The notes under the pieces were generated by a model. It worked only from the letters and a program-made list of their open reading frames with translations. It was not told the origin of the DNA and made no database searches. This document shows, piece by piece, positions 1 through 7,476 of a stretch of DNA of 15,605 nt (position 1 is its first letter; the number at the start of each line of letters is the position of its first letter). This stretch comes from Myxococcales bacterium (GTDB taxonomy: Bacteria; Myxococcota; Myxococcia; Myxococcales; Anaeromyxobacteraceae), in assembly GCA_038320275.1 (NCBI GenBank), contig JBBQEB010000087.1:1-15605 (forward strand), written 5' to 3'. The position numbers were made by a program, and so were the translations under genes.

Positions 1-107
1 GCTACAAGCCGTTCGTCATCAGCGCCCTCATGTTCCTCACCCGCCTCGCGAGCCCCGCCGACAAGCTCTCGGCCATCGTCGAGCGCGCCAGGAAGCTCAG
101 TCTTTGA
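1..107 (+). CDS. ygeW: 3' end of knotted carbamoyltransferase YgeW-like protein (partial, begins upstream of window)
   Basis: The frame from nt 3 reads YKPFVISALMFLTRLASPADKLSAIVERARKLSL* (TGA 105-107). This resembles the YgeW C-terminus as I recall it (W/YKPxxIAAM...P..LL). Nearby carbamate kinase, ygfK and ssnA genes support the call. Only 34 codons are visible. Confidence 0.72.
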   Translation, partial: YKPFVISALMFLTRLASPADKLSAIVERARKLSL

Positions 108-183
108 TGGAGCCCTTGTCTTTCCGTCGCGGGGCCTGGGCGTCGCCCTTCTGCCGTCCACTCGTCTCATCCGGAGCTCGTAC

Positions 184-1656
184 ATGTCGCGAATCGTGAA
201 GCCGATCGACGAAGAGGTCATGAAGCGCAGCGCGCGGCGGTGCCGCGACCGCGGGATCGTCATCCCGACCTACGCGCAGATGCGCGATCCGAAGCTCGTC
301 CCGAAGGCCGTCCTCGGGCGGCTCGCCAGCGTCGGGTCGGACGACGTGGACCCGGCCAATCTCTTCCGCATCACCTGGAAGAACGACCCCCAGACCGGCC
401 TCTTCGGCGGTCCCACTCAGGTGGAGATCCCGCGCGCCCTGACCGGCGTGAAGGCGCGCATCGTCGGCCTGGTCGGGAAGTACTTTCCGACCGGCGCCCA
501 CAAGGTCGGGGCTGCCTTCTCCTGCCTCGTGCCGCGGCTCGTGAGCGGCGAGTTCGACCCGGAGAAGCACAAGGCGGTGTGGCCCAGCACGGGCAATTAT
601 TGCCGCGGCGGCGTCTTCGACTCGGCCATCCTCGGCTGCACCGCCGTCGCGGTCCTGCCCGAGAACATGTCGAAGGAGCGCTTCGACTGGCTGGAGAAGA
701 TGGGCGCCGAGGTGATCGCCACGCCCGGCTGCGAGTCGAACGTGAAGGAGATCTACGACGAGTGCTGGAGGCTGAAGGAGAACCCGAACAACGTCGTCTT
801 CAACCAGTTCGAGGAGTTCGGGAATCCCATCTGGCACTACAACGTGACCGGCCCGGCGGTGGAGGAGGTCTACCAGACGGCCGCCTCACGCACGACGCAC
901 CTCGCCGCCTGGGTGAGCGCCACCGGCAGCGCCGGCACCCTCAGCGCGGGCGACTATCTGAAGACCCTCCATCCCGGGATGAAGATCGTGGCGACCGAGG
1001 CGTGGCAGTGCCCCACGCTCTTCATGAACGGCTTCGGTGACCATCGGATCGAGGGCATCGGCGACAAGCACGTGCCGTGGGTGCACAACGTCCGGAGCAC
1101 CGACGCCGTCGCCGCCATCGACGACGAGGACTGCATGCGCTTGCTGCGGCTCTTCAACGAGCCGGAGGGGAAGAAGTACCTCGCCTCGCTGGGCCTCCAG
1201 ACGGCCCAGGTGGAGGGGCTCGCCACCCTCGGGATCAGCTCGATCGCCAACGTGCTCGCAGCCATCAAGGCGGCCCGCTACTGGGAGCTGGACGAGAACG
1301 ACGTGATCCTCACCGCCTTCACCGACAGCGTCGACCTGTACCGCTCGCGGCTGCAGGAGCTCACGACGGATCGCGGTGCCTTCACGACCCTCGAGGCGGC
1401 GAAGGCCTATACCGGCAGCCTGGAGCGTCAGGCGGTGGATCACTTCAAGGAGCTCTCCTACGTCGACCGGAAGGCCATCCACAACCTGAAGTACTACACG
1501 TGGGTGGAGCAGCAGGGAAAGACGCTGGAGGAGCTCAACGCCCAGTGGAGCCCCGAGTACTGGCGCGAGCTCTTCGAGGACGAGGTCGTGGAGTTCGACC
1601 GCCTCATCGCCGCGTTCAACCGGGAGGTCGGATCGCCCGCGGCCTCGGCTGCCTGA
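184..1656 (+). CDS. PLP-dependent fold-type II enzyme, cysteine synthase/CBS-like, with N- and C-terminal extensions; substrate unknown
   Basis: 490 aa. Motifs: FPTGAHKVGAA (PLP lysine), WPSTGNYCRGG, ATGSAGT (phosphate loop), HRIEGIGDK, GISSIAN. GGAG RBS upstream; codon usage is coding-like. Confidence 0.85.
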   Translation: MSRIVKPIDEEVMKRSARRCRDRGIVIPTYAQMRDPKLVPKAVLGRLASVGSDDVDPANLFRITWKNDPQTGLFGGPTQVEIPRALTGVKARIVGLVGKYFPTGAHKVGAAFSCLVPRLVSGEFDPEKHKAVWPSTGNYCRGGVFDSAILGCTAVAVLPENMSKERFDWLEKMGAEVIATPGCESNVKEIYDECWRLKENPNNVVFNQFEEFGNPIWHYNVTGPAVEEVYQTAASRTTHLAAWVSATGSAGTLSAGDYLKTLHPGMKIVATEAWQCPTLFMNGFGDHRIEGIGDKHVPWVHNVRSTDAVAAIDDEDCMRLLRLFNEPEGKKYLASLGLQTAQVEGLATLGISSIANVLAAIKAARYWELDENDVILTAFTDSVDLYRSRLQELTTDRGAFTTLEAAKAYTGSLERQAVDHFKELSYVDRKAIHNLKYYTWVEQQGKTLEELNAQWSPEYWRELFEDEVVEFDRLIAAFNREVGSPAASAA

Positions 1657-1671
1657 TCCAAGGGGCTCCCC

Positions 1672-2616
1672 ATGACCAAGACCGTCGTCGTCGCGATCGG
1701 TGGCAACTCCCTCGTCGCGGACGAGGCGCACCAGACGGTGCCCGATCAATACCACCAGGCCGAGGCCACCTGCGCGCACCTGGCCGCGATGCTGGAGGGG
1801 CAAGACCTGCGGCTGGTGGTGACCCACGGCAATGGCCCGCAGGTCGGGTTCATCCTGCGTCGTTCGGAGCTGGCCTCGGGGGCCCTGCACACCGTCCCGC
1901 TCGACTCCTGCGTGGCCGACACCCAGGGCGCGCTCGGGTACCAGCTCCAGTGTGCCCTCCACAATGCCTTCCTGCGCCTGGGGCTGCGCAAGCAGGCGGT
2001 CTCGGTGGTCACCCAGGTGCTGGTCGACGCGCGCGACCCGGCCTTCGTGAAGCCTGACAAGCCCATCGGTTCCTTCATGTCGCGGGAGAAGGCGGAGGAG
2101 CACCGCGCCAAGGACGGATGGGACGTGGTGGAGGACGCCGGTCGTGGCTGGCGCAGGGTGGTGAGCTCGCCGGCTCCGAAGGCCATCCTCGAGCTCGACG
2201 CGGTGAAGGCCTTGCTCGACGGAGGGTTCGTGGTGATCGCGGTGGGCGGCGGTGGCATCGCGGTGGTGCAGGACGGGCAGGGCATGCTCTCCGGAGCGGG
2301 CGCCGTCGTCGACAAGGACCGCGCGTCGAGCCTGCTCGCGCGGCAGCTCGGCGCGGAGGTGCTCATCATCTCCACCGCGGTCGAGAAGGTGTGTCTCGAT
2401 TTCGGGAAGCCCAGTCAGCGGGCGCTCTCCACGATGACCGTGGCTGAAGCGAAGCGATACATGGCCGAGGGCCACTTCGAGCCCGGCAGCATGCTGCCCA
2501 AGGTGCAGGCCGTCGTCGCGTTTCTGGAGGGTGGGGGCAAGGAGGCTCTCATCACCGATCCCGCCCACCTTGCGGCGGCACTGAAAGGGGAGACGGGCAC
2601 GCGGGTGGTTCCCTGA
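1672..2616 (+). CDS. arcC: Carbamate kinase (ArcC/YqeA)
   Basis: 314 aa. Motifs: [67 protein letters not shown] upstream. Confidence 0.96.
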   Translation: MTKTVVVAIGGNSLVADEAHQTVPDQYHQAEATCAHLAAMLEGQDLRLVVTHGNGPQVGFILRRSELASGALHTVPLDSCVADTQGALGYQLQCALHNAFLRLGLRKQAVSVVTQVLVDARDPAFVKPDKPIGSFMSREKAEEHRAKDGWDVVEDAGRGWRRVVSSPAPKAILELDAVKALLDGGFVVIAVGGGGIAVVQDGQGMLSGAGAVVDKDRASSLLARQLGAEVLIISTAVEKVCLDFGKPSQRALSTMTVAEAKRYMAEGHFEPGSMLPKVQAVVAFLEGGGKEALITDPAHLAAALKGETGTRVVP

Positions 2617-2632
2617 TCGGGCCGGACGGGCC

Positions 2633-4039
2633 ATGAAGGCAGTCAGCGCTCTCGATCTGTTCCGGGTCGGCATCGGCCCGAGCAGCTCGCACACCGTAGG
2701 GCCCATGCGAGCAGCCTTCACCTTTGCCTCGGGACTGGAGGCGGCGGGAACGCTGCGCTCGGTCGGTGAGGTCACCATCGAGCTGTTTGGCTCGCTCGCC
2801 GCCACCGCGCGCGGACATGGGAGCGACAGAGCCGTCCTCCTGGGGCTTTCGGGCGAGGCGCCCGAGGACATCGATCCTTCGAGCGTCGAGGCCACGCTCG
2901 GCGTCATCCGTTCGGAGGGACGGCTGCGGCTGCTCGGGAAGCACGACGTGGCGTTCGACGAGCGGAAGCACCTCCGGCTCGAGCTGCGCCCGCTCCCCTT
3001 CCACCCCAACGGCGTCCGATTCACGGCGCGATCCGTGAGCGGGGACCTCCTCGGTCAGCGCACCTTCTACTCCGTCGGCGGCGGATTCGTGGTGGAGGAG
3101 GACGCGGCGCGCACGGCCGCCGCGGACGCGCCCGGGCGGCCGCTCCCCTTCGCGTTTGGCAGCTGCACGGAGCTGCTCGCGCTCTGTCGGGCGCACGGCA
3201 TGTCCATCTCCACCCTCATGATGAAAAACGAGTCCTCCCTGCGCTCGGAGGACGAGGTCCGCTCCCGCCTCACGCGCATCTGGGAGATCATGAAGGATTG
3301 CGTCGAGCGCGGCTGCACGCAGGAGGGCGTGCTGCCGGGGGGGCTCGGGGTGAGGCGCCGCGCGCCAGGACTGCGCCGCCAGCTCCTGGAGCATCCCGAG
3401 AGAGGGATGTCGGACCCCCTCACCGTCCTCGACTGGGTGAGCCTCTATGCGCTGGCGGTGAACGAGGAGAACGCGGCGGGGGGCCGGGTGGTGACCGCGC
3501 CGACGAATGGCGCGGCCGGGATCATCCCCGCGGTCCTGCTTTATTATCGGCGCTTCGTGCCCGGCGCGACGGAGGAAGGCGTCCTCCGCATGCTCCTCGT
3601 CGCGGGGGCGATCGGACTGTTGGTGAAGGAGAACGCTTCGATCAGCGGCGCCGAGGTGGGCTGCCAGGGAGAGGTCGGAACGGCTTGCTCCATGGCCGCG
3701 GGCGCGCTCGCCGAGGCGCTGGGAGCGACACCGAGCCAGGTGGCCAACGCAGCCGAGATCGCCATGGAGCACAACCTCGGCCTGACCTGTGACCCCGTGC
3801 GCGGCCTCGTGCAGGTGCCCTGCATCGAGCGCAACGCGATGGCCGCGGTGAAGGCCATCAACGCCTCGCGGCTGGCGCTTCGGGGCGACGGCGAGGGCGT
3901 GGTGAGCCTGGACAAGGTCATCTGGACCATGCGAGAGACCGGCCGCGACATGCGCACCAAATACAAGGAGACCGCAGAGGGCGGGCTCGCCCTCGAGTCC
4001 CCGCGTCCCAAGCTCAGCGTCGGCCTCCCGGAGTGCTAG
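2633..4039 (+). CDS. sdaA: L-serine ammonia-lyase, single-chain [4Fe-4S] type
   Basis: 468 aa. Motifs: [79 protein letters not shown]-terminus ends PEC. Confidence 0.96.
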   Translation: MKAVSALDLFRVGIGPSSSHTVGPMRAAFTFASGLEAAGTLRSVGEVTIELFGSLAATARGHGSDRAVLLGLSGEAPEDIDPSSVEATLGVIRSEGRLRLLGKHDVAFDERKHLRLELRPLPFHPNGVRFTARSVSGDLLGQRTFYSVGGGFVVEEDAARTAAADAPGRPLPFAFGSCTELLALCRAHGMSISTLMMKNESSLRSEDEVRSRLTRIWEIMKDCVERGCTQEGVLPGGLGVRRRAPGLRRQLLEHPERGMSDPLTVLDWVSLYALAVNEENAAGGRVVTAPTNGAAGIIPAVLLYYRRFVPGATEEGVLRMLLVAGAIGLLVKENASISGAEVGCQGEVGTACSMAAGALAEALGATPSQVANAAEIAMEHNLGLTCDPVRGLVQVPCIERNAMAAVKAINASRLALRGDGEGVVSLDKVIWTMRETGRDMRTKYKETAEGGLALESPRPKLSVGLPEC

Positions 4040-4045
4040 CCGCAT

Positions 4046-4196
4046 CCCTCCCGCCTCACGCGGGAGGGGTCCCAGCGAAGCTGGGGAGGGCAGAGCCCTC
4101 CAGGCAGGGACAGCGCGCGAAGCGCGCATGGGCCCCTGCGAGCCAGGGAGGGGTCCCCGCCGAGCTTCGCTCGGCGGGGAGGGACGGCACGTCCCT
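4046..4196. repeat. REP-like array of short perfect hairpins (two related units) between convergent genes; possible bidirectional terminator or mRNA end-stabiliser
   Basis: Perfect stems at 4046-4068 (9 bp), 4071-4085 (6 bp, GAA loop), 4085-4101 (7 bp, AGA), 4113-4127 (6 bp, GAA), 4134-4148 (5 bp), 4155-4179 (11 bp, TTC) and 4180-4196 (7 bp, GCA). Direct repeat GGGAGGGGTCCC at 4062 and 4146. Confidence 0.75.
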
Positions 4197-5016
4197 AGAA
4201 GATCGTCCACTGCACCATGGCCTGCGGTGCCGAGGTGGTGTGCGCGTCGCGAGGCGCGCCGCCGTAGAAGCCCGACGGATACTTGTGGATGTACCACTCG
4301 CAGCCGACGTAGAGGCGGTTGGCCTTGCCGCCGAAGGGAGCGAGCACGTCCACGAGGAGCTGCGGCTGGGCCATGATGTCGACCGCGCTGTTGTGGTCGA
4401 TGTCCTTCGAGCCGGCGATGTCGACGAAGCCCGCGAACAGGAAAGGCACGGGGCCGAGCGAGAAGGGGATGTTCCAGTACGGCGAGATCTGCCAGACGTG
4501 GTAGTCGAAGCGGTCGTACCGGTAGTACACGTTCAGGCTGACGTTGCCGTGATGGATGGGCACCGCGAAGTCCACGCCGAGGCCGAGCAGGTAGGCGTAG
4601 AACCCCGACCCCTGGTTGAGCTCAGCCGCGAGCCCCCAGTTGCGGAAGATGCCGAGCGTGTCGCCCGTCTGACCGAGGAGCTTGTTCACGAGGAGGCGCG
4701 GGTGCCACTCGGCGTAGGCGGTCGCGCCGGGCTTTCCGGGGAACCCGTTCCCGGCGCTGAAGTCGCCCGTATAGAGGTCGACGAAGGCGAAGCTGTCGCC
4801 GTACTCCCAGGTGGAGAACGTGTTCAGCGTGGTGGTCGTCATGTTTCCGCTGACCGTGTGATAGCCCAGCTTGCGGTCATCGAAGGTGTGGCCTTGCAAC
4901 AGCTCGATGTTGGTGGTCGAGAAGCCGTCGGCCGCGGCGGGCATCGGCGCCGCGAGAGCGAGCGCTGTGGCGGCCATCAACGCGCGCGCCAGGGGATTTT
5001 GAAGGCTGAGGTTCAT
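4195..5016 (-). CDS. Outer-membrane beta-barrel channel, Tsx/OmpK/DUF5020-like (nucleoside/nucleobase porin); start uncertain (5016, 5031 or 5079)
   Basis: C-terminal ~273 aa of the 956-aa ORF. It has a signal-peptide-like LARALMAATALALAAPMPAAA, then DGFSTTNIELLQG...TTLNTFSTWEYGDSFAFVD, which is typical of Tsx-like N-termini. It also has aromatic amphipathic strands and a terminal Phe (MVQWTIF). Confidence 0.8.
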   Translation of the reverse strand: MNLSLQNPLARALMAATALALAAPMPAAADGFSTTNIELLQGHTFDDRKLGYHTVSGNMTTTTLNTFSTWEYGDSFAFVDLYTGDFSAGNGFPGKPGATAYAEWHPRLLVNKLLGQTGDTLGIFRNWGLAAELNQGSGFYAYLLGLGVDFAVPIHHGNVSLNVYYRYDRFDYHVWQISPYWNIPFSLGPVPFLFAGFVDIAGSKDIDHNSAVDIMAQPQLLVDVLAPFGGKANRLYVGCEWYIHKYPSGFYGGAPRDAHTTSAPQAMVQWTIF

Positions 5017-5077
5017 GGATTTGTCGGTCATACGAAGGAGGAGATTGCGCATCAGATCACGCATCGCGAGAGGCCGC

Positions 5078-5105
5078 ATTGTGCCACCGCCTCCTCTTCT
5101 GTCAA
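5078..5105 (-). promoter_or_regulatory. Candidate sigma70 promoter for the porin gene
   Basis: Minus strand reads TTGACA (5105-5100), a 16-nt spacer ending in TGG (extended -10 TGn), then CACAAT (5083-5078). It sits beside an AT-rich patch in otherwise very GC-rich DNA. Confidence 0.6.
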
Positions 5106-5124
5106 GGTTTGTTTGACAAGCAAA
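5100..5124. promoter_or_regulatory. Candidate transcription-factor operator at and upstream of the -35 element
   Basis: Inverted repeat TGTCAA-N7-TTGACA (5100-5118) plus an overlapping 17-bp imperfect palindrome TTTGTTTGACAAGCAAA (5108-5124; 7 of 8 pairs). Confidence 0.45.
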
Positions 5125-5237
5125 GAAGGGCTCAGCGCGTCTCGAACGGTCCCCGGACGGCGCAGCGGCGCCGGCGAAGGATCGGCTCCCCGCCCAGCGA
5201 GGAGGCACCGCGGTCTCCGCTATCACGGCAGGGGTGT

Positions 5238-7283
5238 TCAGCGGGCGGTGTCGAGCGCGATGCTCACGAAGTTGACGGTCCCCGGCGCGGTCACGCCGAG
5301 GCGCAGGACCTCCATGATCCGCAGAGGCGTGAGATCGACGGGGCCGCTCGCGGTTCCCTGGGCGGTGCCCGCGGGGTCCGCGGGGTCGAGCCTCAGGTCG
5401 AAGCCCTCTCCGCCGTAGCGCAGCGTCGCGCCGCCGCTCTCGACCACGTAGCTGCGCCCCTGGAGCCGGCCATGCATGCGGGCTCCGTCGGGCGTCGCCT
5501 CCAGGGCGAAGCCGTCGCGGCCGATCGCGGCGGACCAGGCGGCGACGCTGCCGAAGAAGTTCGGCTTCACGATGTACGGTCCGCCGTCTTCCGGGCACAT
5601 CACGTCGCAGTTGCCGCACGCGTTGCAGGCATCCGCGTAGGTGCCGATCTGGCGCGGCTTCTCCAGCGCGAGCACGCCCGCGTTCTCGAGCCGGAATCCG
5701 CCGCCGGTGGGCACGAGCGTGTCGAGCGGCAGCTCGGCGCGCATGGTCGGGAAGGAGAAGTTCGCGTCGTTGGGACAGACCGGGATGCACTTGTCGCAGG
5801 TGAGGCAGTCGAACAGCTCGAGCCGGGTGCCGACCTTCTTCGGCGGCGTGTCGGTCCGGGCGTGCCCGTAACGAGGATCCGAGAGCGCCTGCTCGGCCAC
5901 CGTCTCGGTCCCGAGCAGCCGCGCGGCCGAGACCCACGCCGGAAAGGCCACTCCGGCGGCAGCCCTGAGGTCGCCGCGCGACGCGAGCGCGCTCCGGCAC
6001 GCCCCCAGGACCTCGGGGGGCAGCGCGAGCCCGTCGAGCGCCGCCTCCGCGTGGCCGTAGGCGAGGATGGAGAAGGTCTCGAGATCCACGGCGCCGACGG
6101 CCGCCATCCGCCGGGAGAGGTCGGCGAAGTAGGCCCGCGGCCGTCCGTAGCCACCGGGCTTCAGGAGATCGGTGCAGACGCTGACCGGCTTCAGCCCCAA
6201 CGCGACGGCATGCGCGAAGTTCTGGGAGTCGATCCCGGCGGAGAAGGAGATGGGGAATCGATCGCCGAAGGTCCGCCGGAACCGGCGCACGAGCGACATG
6301 GCGAGCACGTACAGCGGGGCACCGGAGAGGTACATCTCCCGCTCGCCAGCGGGGAAGAATTCGCGGTGGTTGCGGACGATGAGCGTGTTGGTGAACTTCA
6401 CGCCGAAGCCGCGCCCCGCGGCGGTCGCGCGCTCCCCCAGCCGCCCCACGAACCCGACCACCTGCTCCCAGGTGGCGTCCTTCGCGAACGCGCCCTCTGG
6501 CACCTCGAGCTCCGCGTAGCCGAGGCGCTCCTGCAGGATGGAGGCGATGGCGTCGGCGCCGAGGAGCGTCGGATTGAGCTTCACCACGACCTGCAGCCCG
6601 GTCTCCTCCATGAGGGAAGCGGCGATGCCCTCGATCTCCTCCGGCGGGCAGCCGTGGAAGGTGGAGAGGGTGAGCGTGTCGGAGATGCGGGACGGATACG
6701 CGAGATCGCGCAGGTGGGCCCACCGCGCGGGGATCTGCGCGCGAAGCCGATCGATCACCGGGCTGGCGTCCAGGAGCCCTGCCATGAAGGTCTGGACGCG
6801 CGGCGAGCGGATGCCGGCGAGGTCGTAGCCGACGCTCATGTCGAAGACGGTGTCGCCGAAGCCGGGCGCGAGGCCCGAAGCCTTCAGCATCTCGATGAGC
6901 ATCGCCGCCTTGACGTACTCCTCGAGCGATTCCTCCAGCTTGAGCTCCTGGGACCACTCGACGTTGTATCCCACCGTCTGCGCGTCGATGCAGGGGCGGG
7001 GGATGACGAGGTCGTCCTTGATCTGCACCGTCTTCAGCTCGATGGCCCGCCCCCCCGCCAGCCACGCGAGCACGATGTTCTGGGCGAGCTGCGTGTTCGG
7101 CCCCGACGCCGGCCCGAAGGGTGTCGACGCGCGGTGGCCGTGGATCGACGTGGAGAAGTCGTGGCCGGGGTCTCTGGCCGCAAACCGTGACGCAGCCAGA
7201 TCGAAGATCGCCTTCCGCTCCTCGAGCTCGCGGAACATGCGCGCGACCAGCACGGCGAAAGGAATGGGGATGAGCTCGGCCAT
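5238..7283 (-). CDS. ygfK: YgfK-like protein (dihydroorotate/dihydropyrimidine-dehydrogenase-like FMN barrel plus C-terminal 2[4Fe-4S]), short form lacking the central GltD-like FAD/NAD(P)H domain
   Basis: 681 aa from ATG 7283 (MAELIPIPF). YgfK motifs: GPASGPNTQLAQNI, IELKTVQ, PCID, NVEWSQE, DMSVGYDLAGI, TLSTFHGCPPEEIE, VKLNPTLLG, FGVKFTNTL, EMYLSG, CTDLLKPGGY. Two CxxCxxCxxxCP motifs lie near the C-terminus. Confidence 0.85.
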   Translation of the reverse strand: MAELIPIPFAVLVARMFRELEERKAIFDLAASRFAARDPGHDFSTSIHGHRASTPFGPASGPNTQLAQNIVLAWLAGGRAIELKTVQIKDDLVIPRPCIDAQTVGYNVEWSQELKLEESLEEYVKAAMLIEMLKASGLAPGFGDTVFDMSVGYDLAGIRSPRVQTFMAGLLDASPVIDRLRAQIPARWAHLRDLAYPSRISDTLTLSTFHGCPPEEIEGIAASLMEETGLQVVVKLNPTLLGADAIASILQERLGYAELEVPEGAFAKDATWEQVVGFVGRLGERATAAGRGFGVKFTNTLIVRNHREFFPAGEREMYLSGAPLYVLAMSLVRRFRRTFGDRFPISFSAGIDSQNFAHAVALGLKPVSVCTDLLKPGGYGRPRAYFADLSRRMAAVGAVDLETFSILAYGHAEAALDGLALPPEVLGACRSALASRGDLRAAAGVAFPAWVSAARLLGTETVAEQALSDPRYGHARTDTPPKKVGTRLELFDCLTCDKCIPVCPNDANFSFPTMRAELPLDTLVPTGGGFRLENAGVLALEKPRQIGTYADACNACGNCDVMCPEDGGPYIVKPNFFGSVAAWSAAIGRDGFALEATPDGARMHGRLQGRSYVVESGGATLRYGGEGFDLRLDPADPAGTAQGTASGPVDLTPLRIMEVLRLGVTAPGTVNFVSIALDTAR

Positions 7284-7476
7284 GGGTCGATCATTCCAGA
7301 GTGCTGCCCTCGCGGCAACGTGCCCGAAAGGTGGGCCGCGGCCCAGCCTCACGGGCGCCGGCCGCGTTGATCGCGACGCGCCGGCACGGTAGACGAAGGG
7401 CGCTGCGACATCCCTCGCGGGGCCGCGCACTTCACGTGAATGCAATCCAGGCCGCGGGGAGGAGCGGGAGAGGCGA

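Noticed and set aside
105..107. Selenocysteine read-through at TGA codons, since related clusters are selenium-linked
   Set aside because: The TGA codons fall at expected protein C-termini. I found no in-frame TGA interrupting a conserved domain.
886..3024. Long antisense ORFs (886-3024, 2552-4297, 4033-5418, 5079-7190, 8196-10562, 10132-11805, 14288-15454 and others)
   Set aside because: They are shadows of motif-rich genes on the opposite strand in high-GC DNA and contain no recognisable domains.
4046..4196. Possible CRISPR array, tRNA or DGR element
   Set aside because: There are only two degenerate units with no regular spacers, no cloverleaf, and no cas or reverse transcriptase gene or template/variable repeat pair in the window.
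5081..5086. TGGCAC (minus strand) as a sigma54 -24 box; also CGGCAC near 7382
   Set aside because: Neither has TTGC at the correct -12 spacing.
5106..5237. Purine or xanthine riboswitch between ygfK and the porin
   Set aside because: I could not match any known aptamer consensus by eye, and the region lies upstream of the candidate promoter. An Rfam/Infernal scan would settle it.
5017..7065. N-terminal ~680 aa of the 956-aa minus-strand ORF, suggesting a giant porin fusion or an overlapping gene
   Set aside because: It overlaps ygfK in another frame and is Arg/Ala/Gly-rich with no motifs, as expected from stop-codon scarcity at high GC. The signal peptide and promoter place the true start near 5016-5079.
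5238..7283. Annotation as selenate reductase or glutamate synthase, or as a pseudogene
   Set aside because: Those are legacy labels for YgfK. The GltD-like part is absent, and the reading frame and Cys motifs are intact.
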